A DNA stretch of 16,203 bases from Promethearchaeota archaeon. Its GTDB lineage: Archaea; Asgardarchaeota; Lokiarchaeia; Sigyniarchaeales; SOKP01. The translations under genes were made by a program, and so were the position numbers. The stretch covers positions 1 to 16,203 of the forward strand of contig JABXKD010000079.1 in NCBI GenBank assembly GCA_013375475.1. The letters are read 5' to 3'. Position 1 is the first letter of the stretch, and each line of letters starts with the position of its first letter. Shown piece by piece: positions 1 through 8,632 of this stretch. The notes below the pieces were generated by a model. It was not told the DNA's origin and searched no databases. It saw only the letters and a program-made list of their open reading frames with translations.

Positions 1-1269
1 TAATGCCTTATCTTCAAACACTTGTTTGGCAACATGCAATAATGTCTTTTCAATACCAGCAATGTTGTGATTCGTCGCTACTAAGAGATTCGCTTTCGTA
101 CAAATTCCTTCAGCATCAGACCATATGTGATATAACAAAGTCCCTCGTGGAGCTTCTGTCATACCTACACCATTTCCTTCTCTTGGTTGCACATCTAAAG
201 TCTTACAATCAGGATTTAGAATGTCAGGATCTTGTAAGAGAGTTGCAATCACTTCTACAGACTCAACTAATTCGATTAATCGAGCCCAATGATACGCAAA
301 TGTGTGATGGGAGATTGGTCCAACTTTAGCCCTCATAGCTTGTAATGCCTCATCGGCTAGAGGAGTTGCCATTTTATCAGCACAATTTATCATTGCTAAA
401 GTATTAGCACGATAGATGCCCTCAGGATACCCTGCAGGCTTATAATACATATGCGTTGCGTACGAGTGTTCTGGAATATGCTCACCTAAGGCATCTAAAT
501 AGTTATGAACGTCGTAATCTATTTTCTCACCATCAGGTGTTACAATTCGAAGATCTCCTTCGTAGATATCATGAACTCCTTTATTAGTCATGCCCAAATA
601 ATATGTAGGGACAACTCCTACGTTAGCTACGACATCCCAATAGTCTTCAACCACTTTTAATCCGATTTCAACAGTTTTCTTTGTAAATTCGACTTGTTCG
701 TTGATCTGTGCTAAGAATTTATCCCGAGAGGCTTCAGACATAGGTTTTTTCATTCCCCCAACGATCGCAGAGATAGGGTGAACTGATTTTCCTCCAATAT
801 CCGCGCAAAGTTTCTGACCGAAGTCCATCATCTTCAAAGCCATTGCTCCAACATTAGGCATTTTGCTAATTACGTGGACAACGTTCCGTAACGCAGGATC
901 TGCAAAAGGACCAAGTAAGAAATCTGGGGCCGCTAATGCGTAAAAATGTAATGCGTGGCTGGAATATTGTTTCGCATTTTGTAGCAAAATTCGTAATTTT
1001 CGAGCTGGTTCTGGGATTGTAACTCCCCAAGCATCTTCAACAGCCTTAGTAGGAGTTAAATGATGAGGGATTGGACAAATTCCGCAGATTCTAGGCGTGA
1101 TTCTAGGTATGTGTTCGCAATATCGCCCTTCAAGAAACTTTTCAAAGAATCTTGTAGAAGCGATATTGAACTGAGCATCCTTTACCTTGCCATCGTCTCC
1201 GATGACGATTCTTAATCCACCATGTCCCTCTAATCGAGTGACTGGTTCTACTGTTATTTCTTTTGCCAT
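1..1269 (-). CDS. mvhA: [NiFe]-hydrogenase large subunit, group 3c (MvhA/VhuA-type), 3'-truncated by the window edge
   Basis: Not in the ORF track; translated by hand from ATG at 1269. It reads MAKEITVEPVTRLEGHGG...RFFEKFLEGR...PRICGICPIPHHL (L1 Ni-binding CxxC)...HALHFYALAAPDF...GGKSVHP...YHWARLIE...EAPRGTLLYH...NLLVATNHN, open for 423 codons to position 1. The C-terminal DPCxxC motif is outside the window. A GGTGG RBS-like sequence lies just upstream. Confidence 0.95.
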   Translation of the reverse strand, partial: MAKEITVEPVTRLEGHGGLRIVIGDDGKVKDAQFNIASTRFFEKFLEGRYCEHIPRITPRICGICPIPHHLTPTKAVEDAWGVTIPEPARKLRILLQNAKQYSSHALHFYALAAPDFLLGPFADPALRNVVHVISKMPNVGAMALKMMDFGQKLCADIGGKSVHPISAIVGGMKKPMSEASRDKFLAQINEQVEFTKKTVEIGLKVVEDYWDVVANVGVVPTYYLGMTNKGVHDIYEGDLRIVTPDGEKIDYDVHNYLDALGEHIPEHSYATHMYYKPAGYPEGIYRANTLAMINCADKMATPLADEALQAMRAKVGPISHHTFAYHWARLIELVESVEVIATLLQDPDILNPDCKTLDVQPREGNGVGMTEAPRGTLLYHIWSDAEGICTKANLLVATNHNIAGIEKTLLHVAKQVFEDKAL

Positions 1270-1280
1270 CTTTTTTCCAC

Positions 1281-2594
1281 CTACCTATAATTTTTGTTTG
1301 TGGCTAACGTAAACTTTTCGCTAAAGCCGAGCTTGTCCTTCATCTGGGCAAGTAATTCTTCTTTTGATAAAGCTACATTAAAGCCCTTCGTTACTAAATC
1401 AGCAAAGCGTTCAGCTTGGTTTACTCCCCAAGCTGTTTGACCAAAGCAGCCAGAACATGGTGCGTTAACTCTCATACACATACCTCCACATCCCGCTCTT
1501 GTAATCGGACCTGCACACAAATAACCTTGTTCTATTAAGCAGTCATTCATGTTTGGGAGTCCTTCGTAATCCCGTTTCACTTTTGTCATTTGTGATTTGC
1601 TTCCAATTTGAAGGTCGCATTGATCACACACGGTTGAGATCTTTATAAATTCTCTATGACTCTTCAGAAATCTCATAATATTACCATATATATCACCTGT
1701 ATCAGAAGGTACGTTAGCTAGGGTTGTTTTAGGTTCTCCCGTTCGTCGGACTTGTTTTAGTATATCTCCTGCGAGGTCAAATCCAGACATGAGAGGAACG
1801 TTTAAAAACAGCGTTAAGAATTCGTGTAAGTTCTTTTTATCTCCAGTACTTAGCTGGTCAATGTTCTGCGTCATATTTTTCAGTTTTTCTGCTCTTACAG
1901 AAACTGTTTTTGCTGGACCGAGACATCCAACGCAGGGGTCACCTTTATCAGTACACTTTAGCGTACAACCCATGCTAGTAATCGGACCAAAACATAATTC
2001 ATATTTTTCTAATAAACAGTTTTCGTTATTTAAAGAGCAATCGTTACAGAATGATAAATCTGCCATTGGCTGTGGCTTTTGACCAAGTAGGAATTGAACT
2101 GAGCTTATGATTGCTTCTGGTTTCGGAGGGCATCCCGCCATATATACATCAACGTTAATAACTTCGTCCAATGGAACGATTTTACTAGTGAATCCGGGCA
2201 TATGTTCTTTAGGTTCGTGTGGTGATTCGTTAGTAATGGACTCTGCTTGTTCGAACTTGCGTTTGATGCTCTCTTGTATATCCCACTCATTAGCTAATCC
2301 GTGGACGTTACCATAGCAAGAACAACTGCCAAAAGCAATTATTAGTTGGCATTTAGCCCTCATGAGCTTAGCGTTTTCTACATCCGCGTTTGTTCTTAAA
2401 CTACCTTCCACGAAGCCTACAAGAATGTCCCCGTCAGGTCGAGCTACTAGTGAATCGTGTTTGAAATCTACAACTGCTGGCCAATATACAATATCAAGCG
2501 CTGGGAGGATTGGCAACAATCCTAAATGTGCATTCAATAAGGATTGATGACAACCCCAACAATCGCTATTTTGCATAAAAGCTACTTTTACCAT
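1281..2594 (-). CDS. mvhG: [NiFe]-hydrogenase small subunit (MvhG/VhuG-type) with duplicated C-terminal 8-Cys Fe-S domain
   Basis: Proximal-cluster motifs DCWGC, FGSCSCYG and AGCPP. Two copies of CxxC...CL....LC.GPIT..GC...C......PC.GC.G at residues 183-224 and 323-383. The stop is 11 nt upstream of the mvhA start. Confidence 0.93.
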   Translation of the reverse strand: MVKVAFMQNSDCWGCHQSLLNAHLGLLPILPALDIVYWPAVVDFKHDSLVARPDGDILVGFVEGSLRTNADVENAKLMRAKCQLIIAFGSCSCYGNVHGLANEWDIQESIKRKFEQAESITNESPHEPKEHMPGFTSKIVPLDEVINVDVYMAGCPPKPEAIISSVQFLLGQKPQPMADLSFCNDCSLNNENCLLEKYELCFGPITSMGCTLKCTDKGDPCVGCLGPAKTVSVRAEKLKNMTQNIDQLSTGDKKNLHEFLTLFLNVPLMSGFDLAGDILKQVRRTGEPKTTLANVPSDTGDIYGNIMRFLKSHREFIKISTVCDQCDLQIGSKSQMTKVKRDYEGLPNMNDCLIEQGYLCAGPITRAGCGGMCMRVNAPCSGCFGQTAWGVNQAERFADLVTKGFNVALSKEELLAQMKDKLGFSEKFTLATNKNYR

Positions 2595-2602
2595 TTTTCA
2601 TC

Positions 2603-2694
2603 AAATTTTTGGTTTTTTTTTATATTTATGCTAATTTGAAATAAAATTAGTTGTGTTTATTTAGTCGTAATTTTATAAAAAAACTTCTGCTTTT
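2603..2694. repeat. Copy 1 of a ~92-bp direct repeat (mvhG promoter/5' leader region)
   Basis: Aligned by hand to 10551-10643: 5 substitutions and 1 indel, with an identical 37-nt core (2630-2666 = 10579-10615). Confidence 0.95.
2631..2680 (-). promoter_or_regulatory. Putative mvhGA promoter: TATA-like TTTTATAAAA (2671-2680) followed by palindrome CTAATTT-N6-AAATTAG (2631-2650)
   Basis: The TATA-like box lies ~77-86 nt upstream of the mvhG ATG. The perfect 7-bp inverted repeat starts about 21 nt downstream of it, near the expected transcription start, as for a repressor operator. Confidence 0.5.
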
Positions 2695-3081
2695 GTAGAA
2701 TTTTTTTACAATTTATTAAAGGAAGGCTCTAATTATTTATCAATTTTTAAAATATGGTATTATTATGGTGAATATCATTTTCTCGAAAATTAAAAGTGTA
2801 TATTTAGTATCTCCTCAAAAAAGTCTCAAAATAAATATTATTCTGTTTAAATATTGAGTAATTTATACTTTAATAACGAATTTTTATCGATTAAAGATAA
2901 TAAGGTCAAAAGTTATTCTAACTTCTAAAAAAAGAGCAAATAAAATCCTCAATTTGTCAATAAAGTTAATTAATTAAAATAAAATAGTTTAAAATTAATC
3001 TAATTATTATTTAATTAGTTAAAATTAATATCTTTTCAATATAAGTCGTTAATCTTTTATGTCCATTTTAGGGGTATATAT

Positions 3082-3639
3082 ATGAAATTTAAATTTGATC
3101 TAATTGATAGAAAAATTCTGGAAATGTTAATAGATGACGGTCGTCTAAGTCTAACTCAAATGTCAAAAGAAATAGCATTGAGCAATTCAGGAATTAAAAA
3201 AAGAGTCTCTAAATTAAATAAATCTGGAATATTAAAGATTCAAGGAAATTTTAACCTTGAAGCGATGAAATTTAAAGCTTGTATCATACTTCTTGAGGTC
3301 AAAAATTTTGAATTCATTTCGAAAATAATTAAAGCTTATAGATCTTGTCCATATGTTTTTTTAGTTGCAGAAATAGTAAGTAGTTTTAATTTGATGATAG
3401 GTTTCTTTGGAAATAGTAACCAAGACTTAAATAGTAAGTTAAAATTATGTGGACCATCTAATAAAGAAGGAGTATTACATTCAAAAATTATTTTAATATC
3501 AGATTTTAAATTTCCTCAATTTTTACCTCTTCATATTTCTTTCAGTGAGGATGAAGATATTAATAATACTAATTCTTGCGGATATAAATGTAAAGATTGC
3601 GCAGCATTTATTAAAAATGAATGTAAAGGTTGCTGTTAA
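3082..3639 (+). CDS. Lrp/AsnC-family transcriptional regulator with C-terminal Cys cluster
   Basis: N-terminal HTH (DLIDRKILEMLIDDGRLSLTQMSKEIALSNSGIKKRVSKLNKSGIL), an AsnC-like ligand-binding domain, and tail CGYKCKDCAAFIKNECKGCC. Confidence 0.9.
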   Translation: MKFKFDLIDRKILEMLIDDGRLSLTQMSKEIALSNSGIKKRVSKLNKSGILKIQGNFNLEAMKFKACIILLEVKNFEFISKIIKAYRSCPYVFLVAEIVSSFNLMIGFFGNSNQDLNSKLKLCGPSNKEGVLHSKIILISDFKFPQFLPLHISFSEDEDINNTNSCGYKCKDCAAFIKNECKGCC

Positions 3640-3661
3640 AAAAAGGGTCAAAATAATTAGT

Positions 3662-3693
3662 AAAAAAAATTTTTCTTAAAAAAAAAAAGAAAA
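3662..3693. terminator. Convergent oligo-T/oligo-A terminator region between lrp and fdhA
   Basis: A-runs (oligo-T on the minus strand) lie immediately after the fdhA stop, and a short T-run lies on the plus strand after lrp. Confidence 0.45.
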
Positions 3694-5760
3694 TTATAAT
3701 TTTTCAATTCTAGCTGCACATACTTTATATTCTGGGATTTTTGCGACGGGATCAACAGCATTAATTGTCAGGATATTCGCAGGAGCTTCTTCAAAGTGGA
3801 AAGGGATAAAGATAAGTCCTTTTTTCACACGATCAGTTACTTTTGCTTTAATGGTTATTTCCCCTCGGCGTGATTTTACTTTCACTTTCTGACCATCTAC
3901 TATGCTCATTTTAACTGCGTCATCTGGTGAAATCTCAACATATCCTTCGGGAACCCTTGCATTTAAGGTCGCAGATCTTCTGCTCATGGTTCCTGTATGG
4001 TAATGCCATAACATTCTTCCAGTTGAGAGAATCATGGGATAATCTGCATCAGGTAATTCTACAGGTTCCTTAAAGGGTATCGCATGGAAATGTCCTTTAC
4101 CCCGGGAAAATTTACCATCTTTATGTAAAAATATAGTTCCAGGGTGGTTTTCATCTGGACAAGGCCATTGGAACCCCGTATCAGTAGCATTCAATCGTTC
4201 CCAGGTAATTCCGCAATATATGGGGGTTACTCTATTAATCTCGGAAAGAATTTCTTTTGGATGGGAATATAACAGTCCATCATAACCCATAGCTTTCGCA
4301 ATTAAGCCAATAATTTCCCAATCATGCTTAGAATTTCCTACAGGAGGAATTACTTGTCTTATTAATTGAATTCTTCTTTCAGTACTGGTAAAAGTTCCAT
4401 CCGTTTCAGCAAAAGAAGCAGCGGGCAATACTACATCAGCTAATTCTGTTGTAGGGGTTGGAAAAATATCTTGAACAACGAGGAATACCTTTTTTAAGCC
4501 TTTTCTTACATGATTAATGTCGGGATCGCTCATCATGGGATTTTCTCCCATTATGTACAATCCTTTTAAATTATCATCACAGGCTTCATTTATTATCTCA
4601 GTAACGGTGAGACCAACTTTATCATCCATTTCATTTACATCAATCCCCCATTCTTTTGCCATCTTTTCACGTTTATCAGCCTCAATAACCTTTTGATAAC
4701 CAGAAAATACATTCGATAATGCTCCAAGATCACACGCACCTTGAACATTTTGTTGTCCCCGTAAAGGATTGACACCCGTACCCCATTTTCCCATATTTCC
4801 GCATAACATCTGAAGATTTGCAGTGCTTTTAACATTGTCTACACCTGTAGTGTGCTGTGTTATTCCCATCGAATATATCAAGGATACTGCTTTTCCGTTT
4901 CCAATAAGTCTTGCTGCATCAATAATCTTTTCTTTTTTGACACCAGTTATTTCAGCTGCTTTCTCTGGAGTCATTTTCATGACTTCTTCTTTAAATTCTT
5001 CAAAATTCTCACAGTGATTGTCAATAAATTCTTTATCATAAAGATTTTCGTTTATAATAACATTCATCATGCCATTCATAAGTGCTACATCCGTTCCAGG
5101 TCTCTGGTTCATCTCAATACCATCATAATCTGTTGCTAATTCAGATAAAGGAATGGTACGAGGATCTGCGACTATGAGTTTTGCGCCTTTAGATAAAGCG
5201 GTTAATATTCTTTTTCCTATGAGGGGATGTTGTTCATTAGTATTAGATCCAGTAATGAAAATAACATCAGCATCTGCAATTTCATCAATGGAATTAGTCA
5301 TGGCACCAGATCCAAAAGCAGCAGCTAATCCAGCAACTGTGGAAGAATGACATAGCCTTGCACAGTGATCTACAGTATTAGTTTTGAATACGGTTCTAGC
5401 AAATTTTTGCATAACATAATTTTCTTCATTTGTGCATTTTGCAGAACTTAAACATCCGAGTACCCTCTTATTTCCGGGATTTTCCTCCATTATCTTTTTA
5501 AAGTTCTCAGCAATGTATTTTATCGCTTCATCCCAACTTACTTCTACTAACGTTCCATTTTTTCTGATCATGGGTTCAGTAAGCCTATCCGGATGATGGA
5601 TGAATTCATGGACATTCCACCCTTTGATACACAATTTTCCTAGTCCTGGATTAAATCCATCTCGGACTGGTTTGGTATCAACAATTTTTCCATCCTGAAC
5701 TTTTAAATATATTTGGCAACCTGTACCACAATACACACAAGTCGTTTTTACTTTCTCCAC
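3694..5760 (-). CDS. fdhA: Formate dehydrogenase alpha subunit (Mo/W-bis-PGD, Cys-type, FdhF/methanogen FdhA-like)
   Basis: CVYCGTGC...C [4Fe-4S] motif, SSAKCTNEENY, DHCARLCH (Cys137 is TGT at 5350-5352), LRGQQNVQG, and a molybdopterin-dinucleotide C-terminal domain ending PVAKIPEYKVCA. GTG start with GGAGGT RBS at 5769-5774. No Tat signal. Confidence 0.95.
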   Translation of the reverse strand: MEKVKTTCVYCGTGCQIYLKVQDGKIVDTKPVRDGFNPGLGKLCIKGWNVHEFIHHPDRLTEPMIRKNGTLVEVSWDEAIKYIAENFKKIMEENPGNKRVLGCLSSAKCTNEENYVMQKFARTVFKTNTVDHCARLCHSSTVAGLAAAFGSGAMTNSIDEIADADVIFITGSNTNEQHPLIGKRILTALSKGAKLIVADPRTIPLSELATDYDGIEMNQRPGTDVALMNGMMNVIINENLYDKEFIDNHCENFEEFKEEVMKMTPEKAAEITGVKKEKIIDAARLIGNGKAVSLIYSMGITQHTTGVDNVKSTANLQMLCGNMGKWGTGVNPLRGQQNVQGACDLGALSNVFSGYQKVIEADKREKMAKEWGIDVNEMDDKVGLTVTEIINEACDDNLKGLYIMGENPMMSDPDINHVRKGLKKVFLVVQDIFPTPTTELADVVLPAASFAETDGTFTSTERRIQLIRQVIPPVGNSKHDWEIIGLIAKAMGYDGLLYSHPKEILSEINRVTPIYCGITWERLNATDTGFQWPCPDENHPGTIFLHKDGKFSRGKGHFHAIPFKEPVELPDADYPMILSTGRMLWHYHTGTMSRRSATLNARVPEGYVEISPDDAVKMSIVDGQKVKVKSRRGEITIKAKVTDRVKKGLIFIPFHFEEAPANILTINAVDPVAKIPEYKVCAARIEKL

Positions 5761-5761
5761 T

Positions 5762-6652
5762 TTACATTACCTCCCATACTTTTATTTCTGGTTTAATTCT
5801 ATGTGTTTTATATCCAATTTCATCCAAACTCTTACCCATGGCTAATCCTAACAATTCAATCGCGTATAGTACAGGAATTTTAGAATCTTTGAGTTCAGGA
5901 TAATCCCTCGATGCCATAATCTGTCCCATATCAAATTGTGTAAAGCAAAAAGGACATCCAGTACTTAAAATTTGTGCTCCAGTATGATTTTTTATATCGA
6001 GTAGTTTATTTGCAATACATTTATTATTAGCTTCTTTATCACCAACTAAATTTAATGAAACACCACAGCAATCCACCTTAGTTATATAATCGACTGCGGT
6101 TGCTCCCAACGCTGAAACAAATTTATCGTATTCTTGTGGATCAGTGGGGTCATCGTATTTAAGAATCTCATCGGGCATCAGTAAATGGCACCCAGGATGA
6201 CTAGCAACTTTTAAACCATGTAAAGGCTTTTTAACTTTACTCTTTAAATTCTCATATCCTAGATCTTCCTTAATTACCTGCATTAGATGTTTAACCTTAA
6301 CGGTACCTTTATACTCTTTACCTATTTCCTTTAATACATTATTTACAGCAGCTTTTAATTCTGCACTCTTTTGTAATTTTGCGTTAGTTACTGCTAAAGT
6401 ATTTAAACAACCGTTACAAAGCGTCATAATGTCCAAACCTTTCTCCTCGGCAATTGCTAAATTTCTTGCAGCAACAGCTAACCAGAAATAATGATTTGCC
6501 CCTTCAAGCTGAACTGGATCTGGACAACAAGAAAACTGTTCTTCTTCCTGCAGCTCGATCCCTATTTCAGGAAGAATATCTAAAGCAAGTTTTTCCACAT
6601 TTGGTAACTTAGCTGGTATAGTACACCCTTTAAAAAATAGATATTTAGTCAT
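5762..6652 (-). CDS. hdrB: Heterodisulfide reductase subunit B (two CCG domains)
   Basis: FFKGC...SCCPDP...LCNGC and HPGCH...DCCG...GCPFC non-cubane cluster motifs; C-terminal IPVL...LLGLAMG...H. GGAGGT RBS at 6663-6668. Confidence 0.93.
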   Translation of the reverse strand: MTKYLFFKGCTIPAKLPNVEKLALDILPEIGIELQEEEQFSCCPDPVQLEGANHYFWLAVAARNLAIAEEKGLDIMTLCNGCLNTLAVTNAKLQKSAELKAAVNNVLKEIGKEYKGTVKVKHLMQVIKEDLGYENLKSKVKKPLHGLKVASHPGCHLLMPDEILKYDDPTDPQEYDKFVSALGATAVDYITKVDCCGVSLNLVGDKEANNKCIANKLLDIKNHTGAQILSTGCPFCFTQFDMGQIMASRDYPELKDSKIPVLYAIELLGLAMGKSLDEIGYKTHRIKPEIKVWEVM

Positions 6653-6655
6653 AAT

Positions 6656-7138
6656 TTAAGCAACCTCCGTTTTAAAAGCAGTTCTTTCTGCAATTATTCT
6701 TAATTCTTTACTTACATTCTCATTTGCAGATAATTCTTTTAAGCCCATTTTTTTCCTGTCAGCATTAACTTTAGCACCAGTTTCATACGCAATACCCGTA
6801 TTTAAGACTTGTTTTGCTAAAGCATAAACAGAATCTGGAGCTAATCCTCTCTGATATGATAATTGTTTCAAATTGATAAATACTTCAGCAGGTTCTCCAT
6901 CTTGAGGGCATGACATGATACATTTTTCGCAATTGCAACACATCCAGACATCTTTCAATGCTGTAGATTCCTCTGATCCATAGAGCTGCGAAATAAATGC
7001 ATCTTCAAGGGTATATCTACTTACATTCAAAGTAACGGGACAAAAAATAGAACAAGCAGAACATTTAAAACATCTTTGAACTTCTTCGCTTTGTTTTATT
7101 ATGTTATCTTTATTGTACTTAATTTTTATTATTTCCAT
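6656..7138 (-). CDS. hdrC: Heterodisulfide reductase subunit C (2x[4Fe-4S])
   Basis: CFKCSACSIFCP and WMCCNCEKCIMSCPQ ferredoxin motifs, and an R..MGL C-terminal segment typical of HdrC. Stop is 3 nt upstream of hdrB. Confidence 0.9.
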   Translation of the reverse strand: MEIIKIKYNKDNIIKQSEEVQRCFKCSACSIFCPVTLNVSRYTLEDAFISQLYGSEESTALKDVWMCCNCEKCIMSCPQDGEPAEVFINLKQLSYQRGLAPDSVYALAKQVLNTGIAYETGAKVNADRKKMGLKELSANENVSKELRIIAERTAFKTEVA

Positions 7139-7482
7139 AATTATCTTACCAATTTTTTTTTTTTAATTTTTTATTTAATATTTTATAATAAATATTATTA
7201 AATTTAAGAATTACACTATTAAAAATCGTCAAACATGTCAATAGTTTGTACTCAGATGTTCAGATTTTGATTAAAAAATTATAAAAATGAGATATTTTTA
7301 TCTTATTTTCATTGTATATGAATTAAAAATTAAACCGATTTTAAAGAAAAGGTGTGAAAAATAAACAAGAACATTAATATAATTTCGGTTTTAGTAAAAA
7401 AAGTTTAAAAATAAGACACATTTCTTATTTCTATATCTTAATTTTAAGAAAATTTGATTAAAAAAAAATAGGTTAAAAAAAA

Positions 7483-8586
7483 ATGTCATGTATTGATCCG
7501 ACTATTGATGCAATTTCATCTGCTGGTCAAAGTAAAACTAAACAATCTTTTTTAGTTAATTTGCTAACAGGATGGAATGCAGGAGTTTTTATTGCAATTG
7601 GTGCAACTCTGGCAACTATTGTATCTCAGAAAGTATCTTCTGATTGGGGGGGTTTTATGTTCGCTGCAGTCTTTCCCATAGGTCTTATTGGAATTATTTT
7701 TATGGGAGGTGCTGATTTATTTACAGGAGATTGTATGATCACCCCTATGGCGACATGTACTCGGAAATCAAAAATTGGTGAATTGTATCGCAACTGGTTC
7801 TTAGCTCTAGGGGGTAATCTGATAGGTTCTATATGTTGGGCATGGATCATAGCCCTTTCATTAATATATGGAACATCTATTAGTGCAGGCTCTGCTGCAA
7901 AAGCTATTGCTATAGCAGAAGGAAAAATAGCTCTGGTGAGCGCAGATTTCGTTGGTGGATTCTTGACAATGGTATTTAAAGGGATAATTTGTAACTTATT
8001 AGTCAATTTTGCAATCTATCAAGGTATTAAATCTAATAGTAATTTAATGGCGAAAGTGTTTAATATATGGTTTCCGATTATGGCATTCGTAGCCGTTGGA
8101 TCGGAGCACGTTATCGCAAACATGTTCTTTATCCCTATAGGAATCTTCTCTGGAGCGAATGTCACATGGACGCAAGCATTTATTTATAACTTCTTACCAG
8201 TTTTGACGGGTAATATGATTGGAGGATATGTATTCATGGGTTTGAATTATTGGTTTACCACAGGTACTCATGATGTTGATGATCCCGAAGGTACAGTACA
8301 TTCGGATGCACGAAAAGTTGGACGTGTACTAAAACAATTTATTCCTTTAATAATTGGGTGGGTTATATTAGCCTTAGCCTACATAATCATCCCTGCAGGA
8401 ATTGCAATGTTTCTTGAAAACGGTATTATCGGTTCAGCGGGTTTTGCTCGGATGTCATTCATGGACACTCCCATGCTCGGTAACTTAACGGTAGACCTTA
8501 TCGTTCCAATTGTAATTATTGTTTATGTGATTGTTATTAGTATCGTCTTGAGAATTGCGTTCAGAAAGACAGTAGTAAGAATTTAA
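7483..8586 (+). CDS. fdhC: Formate/nitrite transporter (FNT) family channel, FdhC-like, with C-terminal extension
   Basis: FNT signatures FPIGL, ADLFTG, GNLIGS, GIICNLLV, FVAVGSEHVIANMF (conserved His209) and GNMIGG. Divergent from the hdrC-hdrB-fdhA operon. The substrate assignment comes from context. Confidence 0.88.
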   Translation: MSCIDPTIDAISSAGQSKTKQSFLVNLLTGWNAGVFIAIGATLATIVSQKVSSDWGGFMFAAVFPIGLIGIIFMGGADLFTGDCMITPMATCTRKSKIGELYRNWFLALGGNLIGSICWAWIIALSLIYGTSISAGSAAKAIAIAEGKIALVSADFVGGFLTMVFKGIICNLLVNFAIYQGIKSNSNLMAKVFNIWFPIMAFVAVGSEHVIANMFFIPIGIFSGANVTWTQAFIYNFLPVLTGNMIGGYVFMGLNYWFTTGTHDVDDPEGTVHSDARKVGRVLKQFIPLIIGWVILALAYIIIPAGIAMFLENGIIGSAGFARMSFMDTPMLGNLTVDLIVPIVIIVYVIVISIVLRIAFRKTVVRI

Positions 8587-8602
8587 TTTTTTTTTTTTTT
8601 TT
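8587..8602 (+). terminator. Oligo-T terminator after the FNT gene
   Basis: Run of 16 T directly after the TAA stop. Confidence 0.6.
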
Positions 8603-8632
8603 ATAATTAATATATTTTAAAGAGTGAGTAGG

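Noticed and set aside
3-329. 108-aa + strand ORF from the track
   Set aside because: Antisense shadow of mvhA, which is open on the minus strand with clear hydrogenase motifs.
1789-2547. Short ORFs at 1789-2082, 2105-2290, 2107-2316 and 2362-2547
   Set aside because: All lie within mvhG (antisense or alternate frame) and show no recognisable motifs.
2940-3030. TTAATT-rich quasi-repeats upstream of lrp
   Set aside because: Low-complexity AT sequence with no regular repeat-spacer period (not CRISPR); it cannot be distinguished from background as an Lrp site.
4635-5350. Short ORFs inside fdhA
   Set aside because: Shadow frames of a well-supported gene.
5350-5352. Possible selenocysteine at the FdhA metal ligand
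   Set aside because: The codon is TGT (Cys). No called CDS ends in or reads through TGA, so there is no Sec recoding evidence in the window.
5762-7138. Reading hdrBC + mvh + fdh as evidence of methanogenesis
   Set aside because: These modules are widespread in non-methanogens, and no mcr, mtr or coenzyme biosynthesis genes are in the window.
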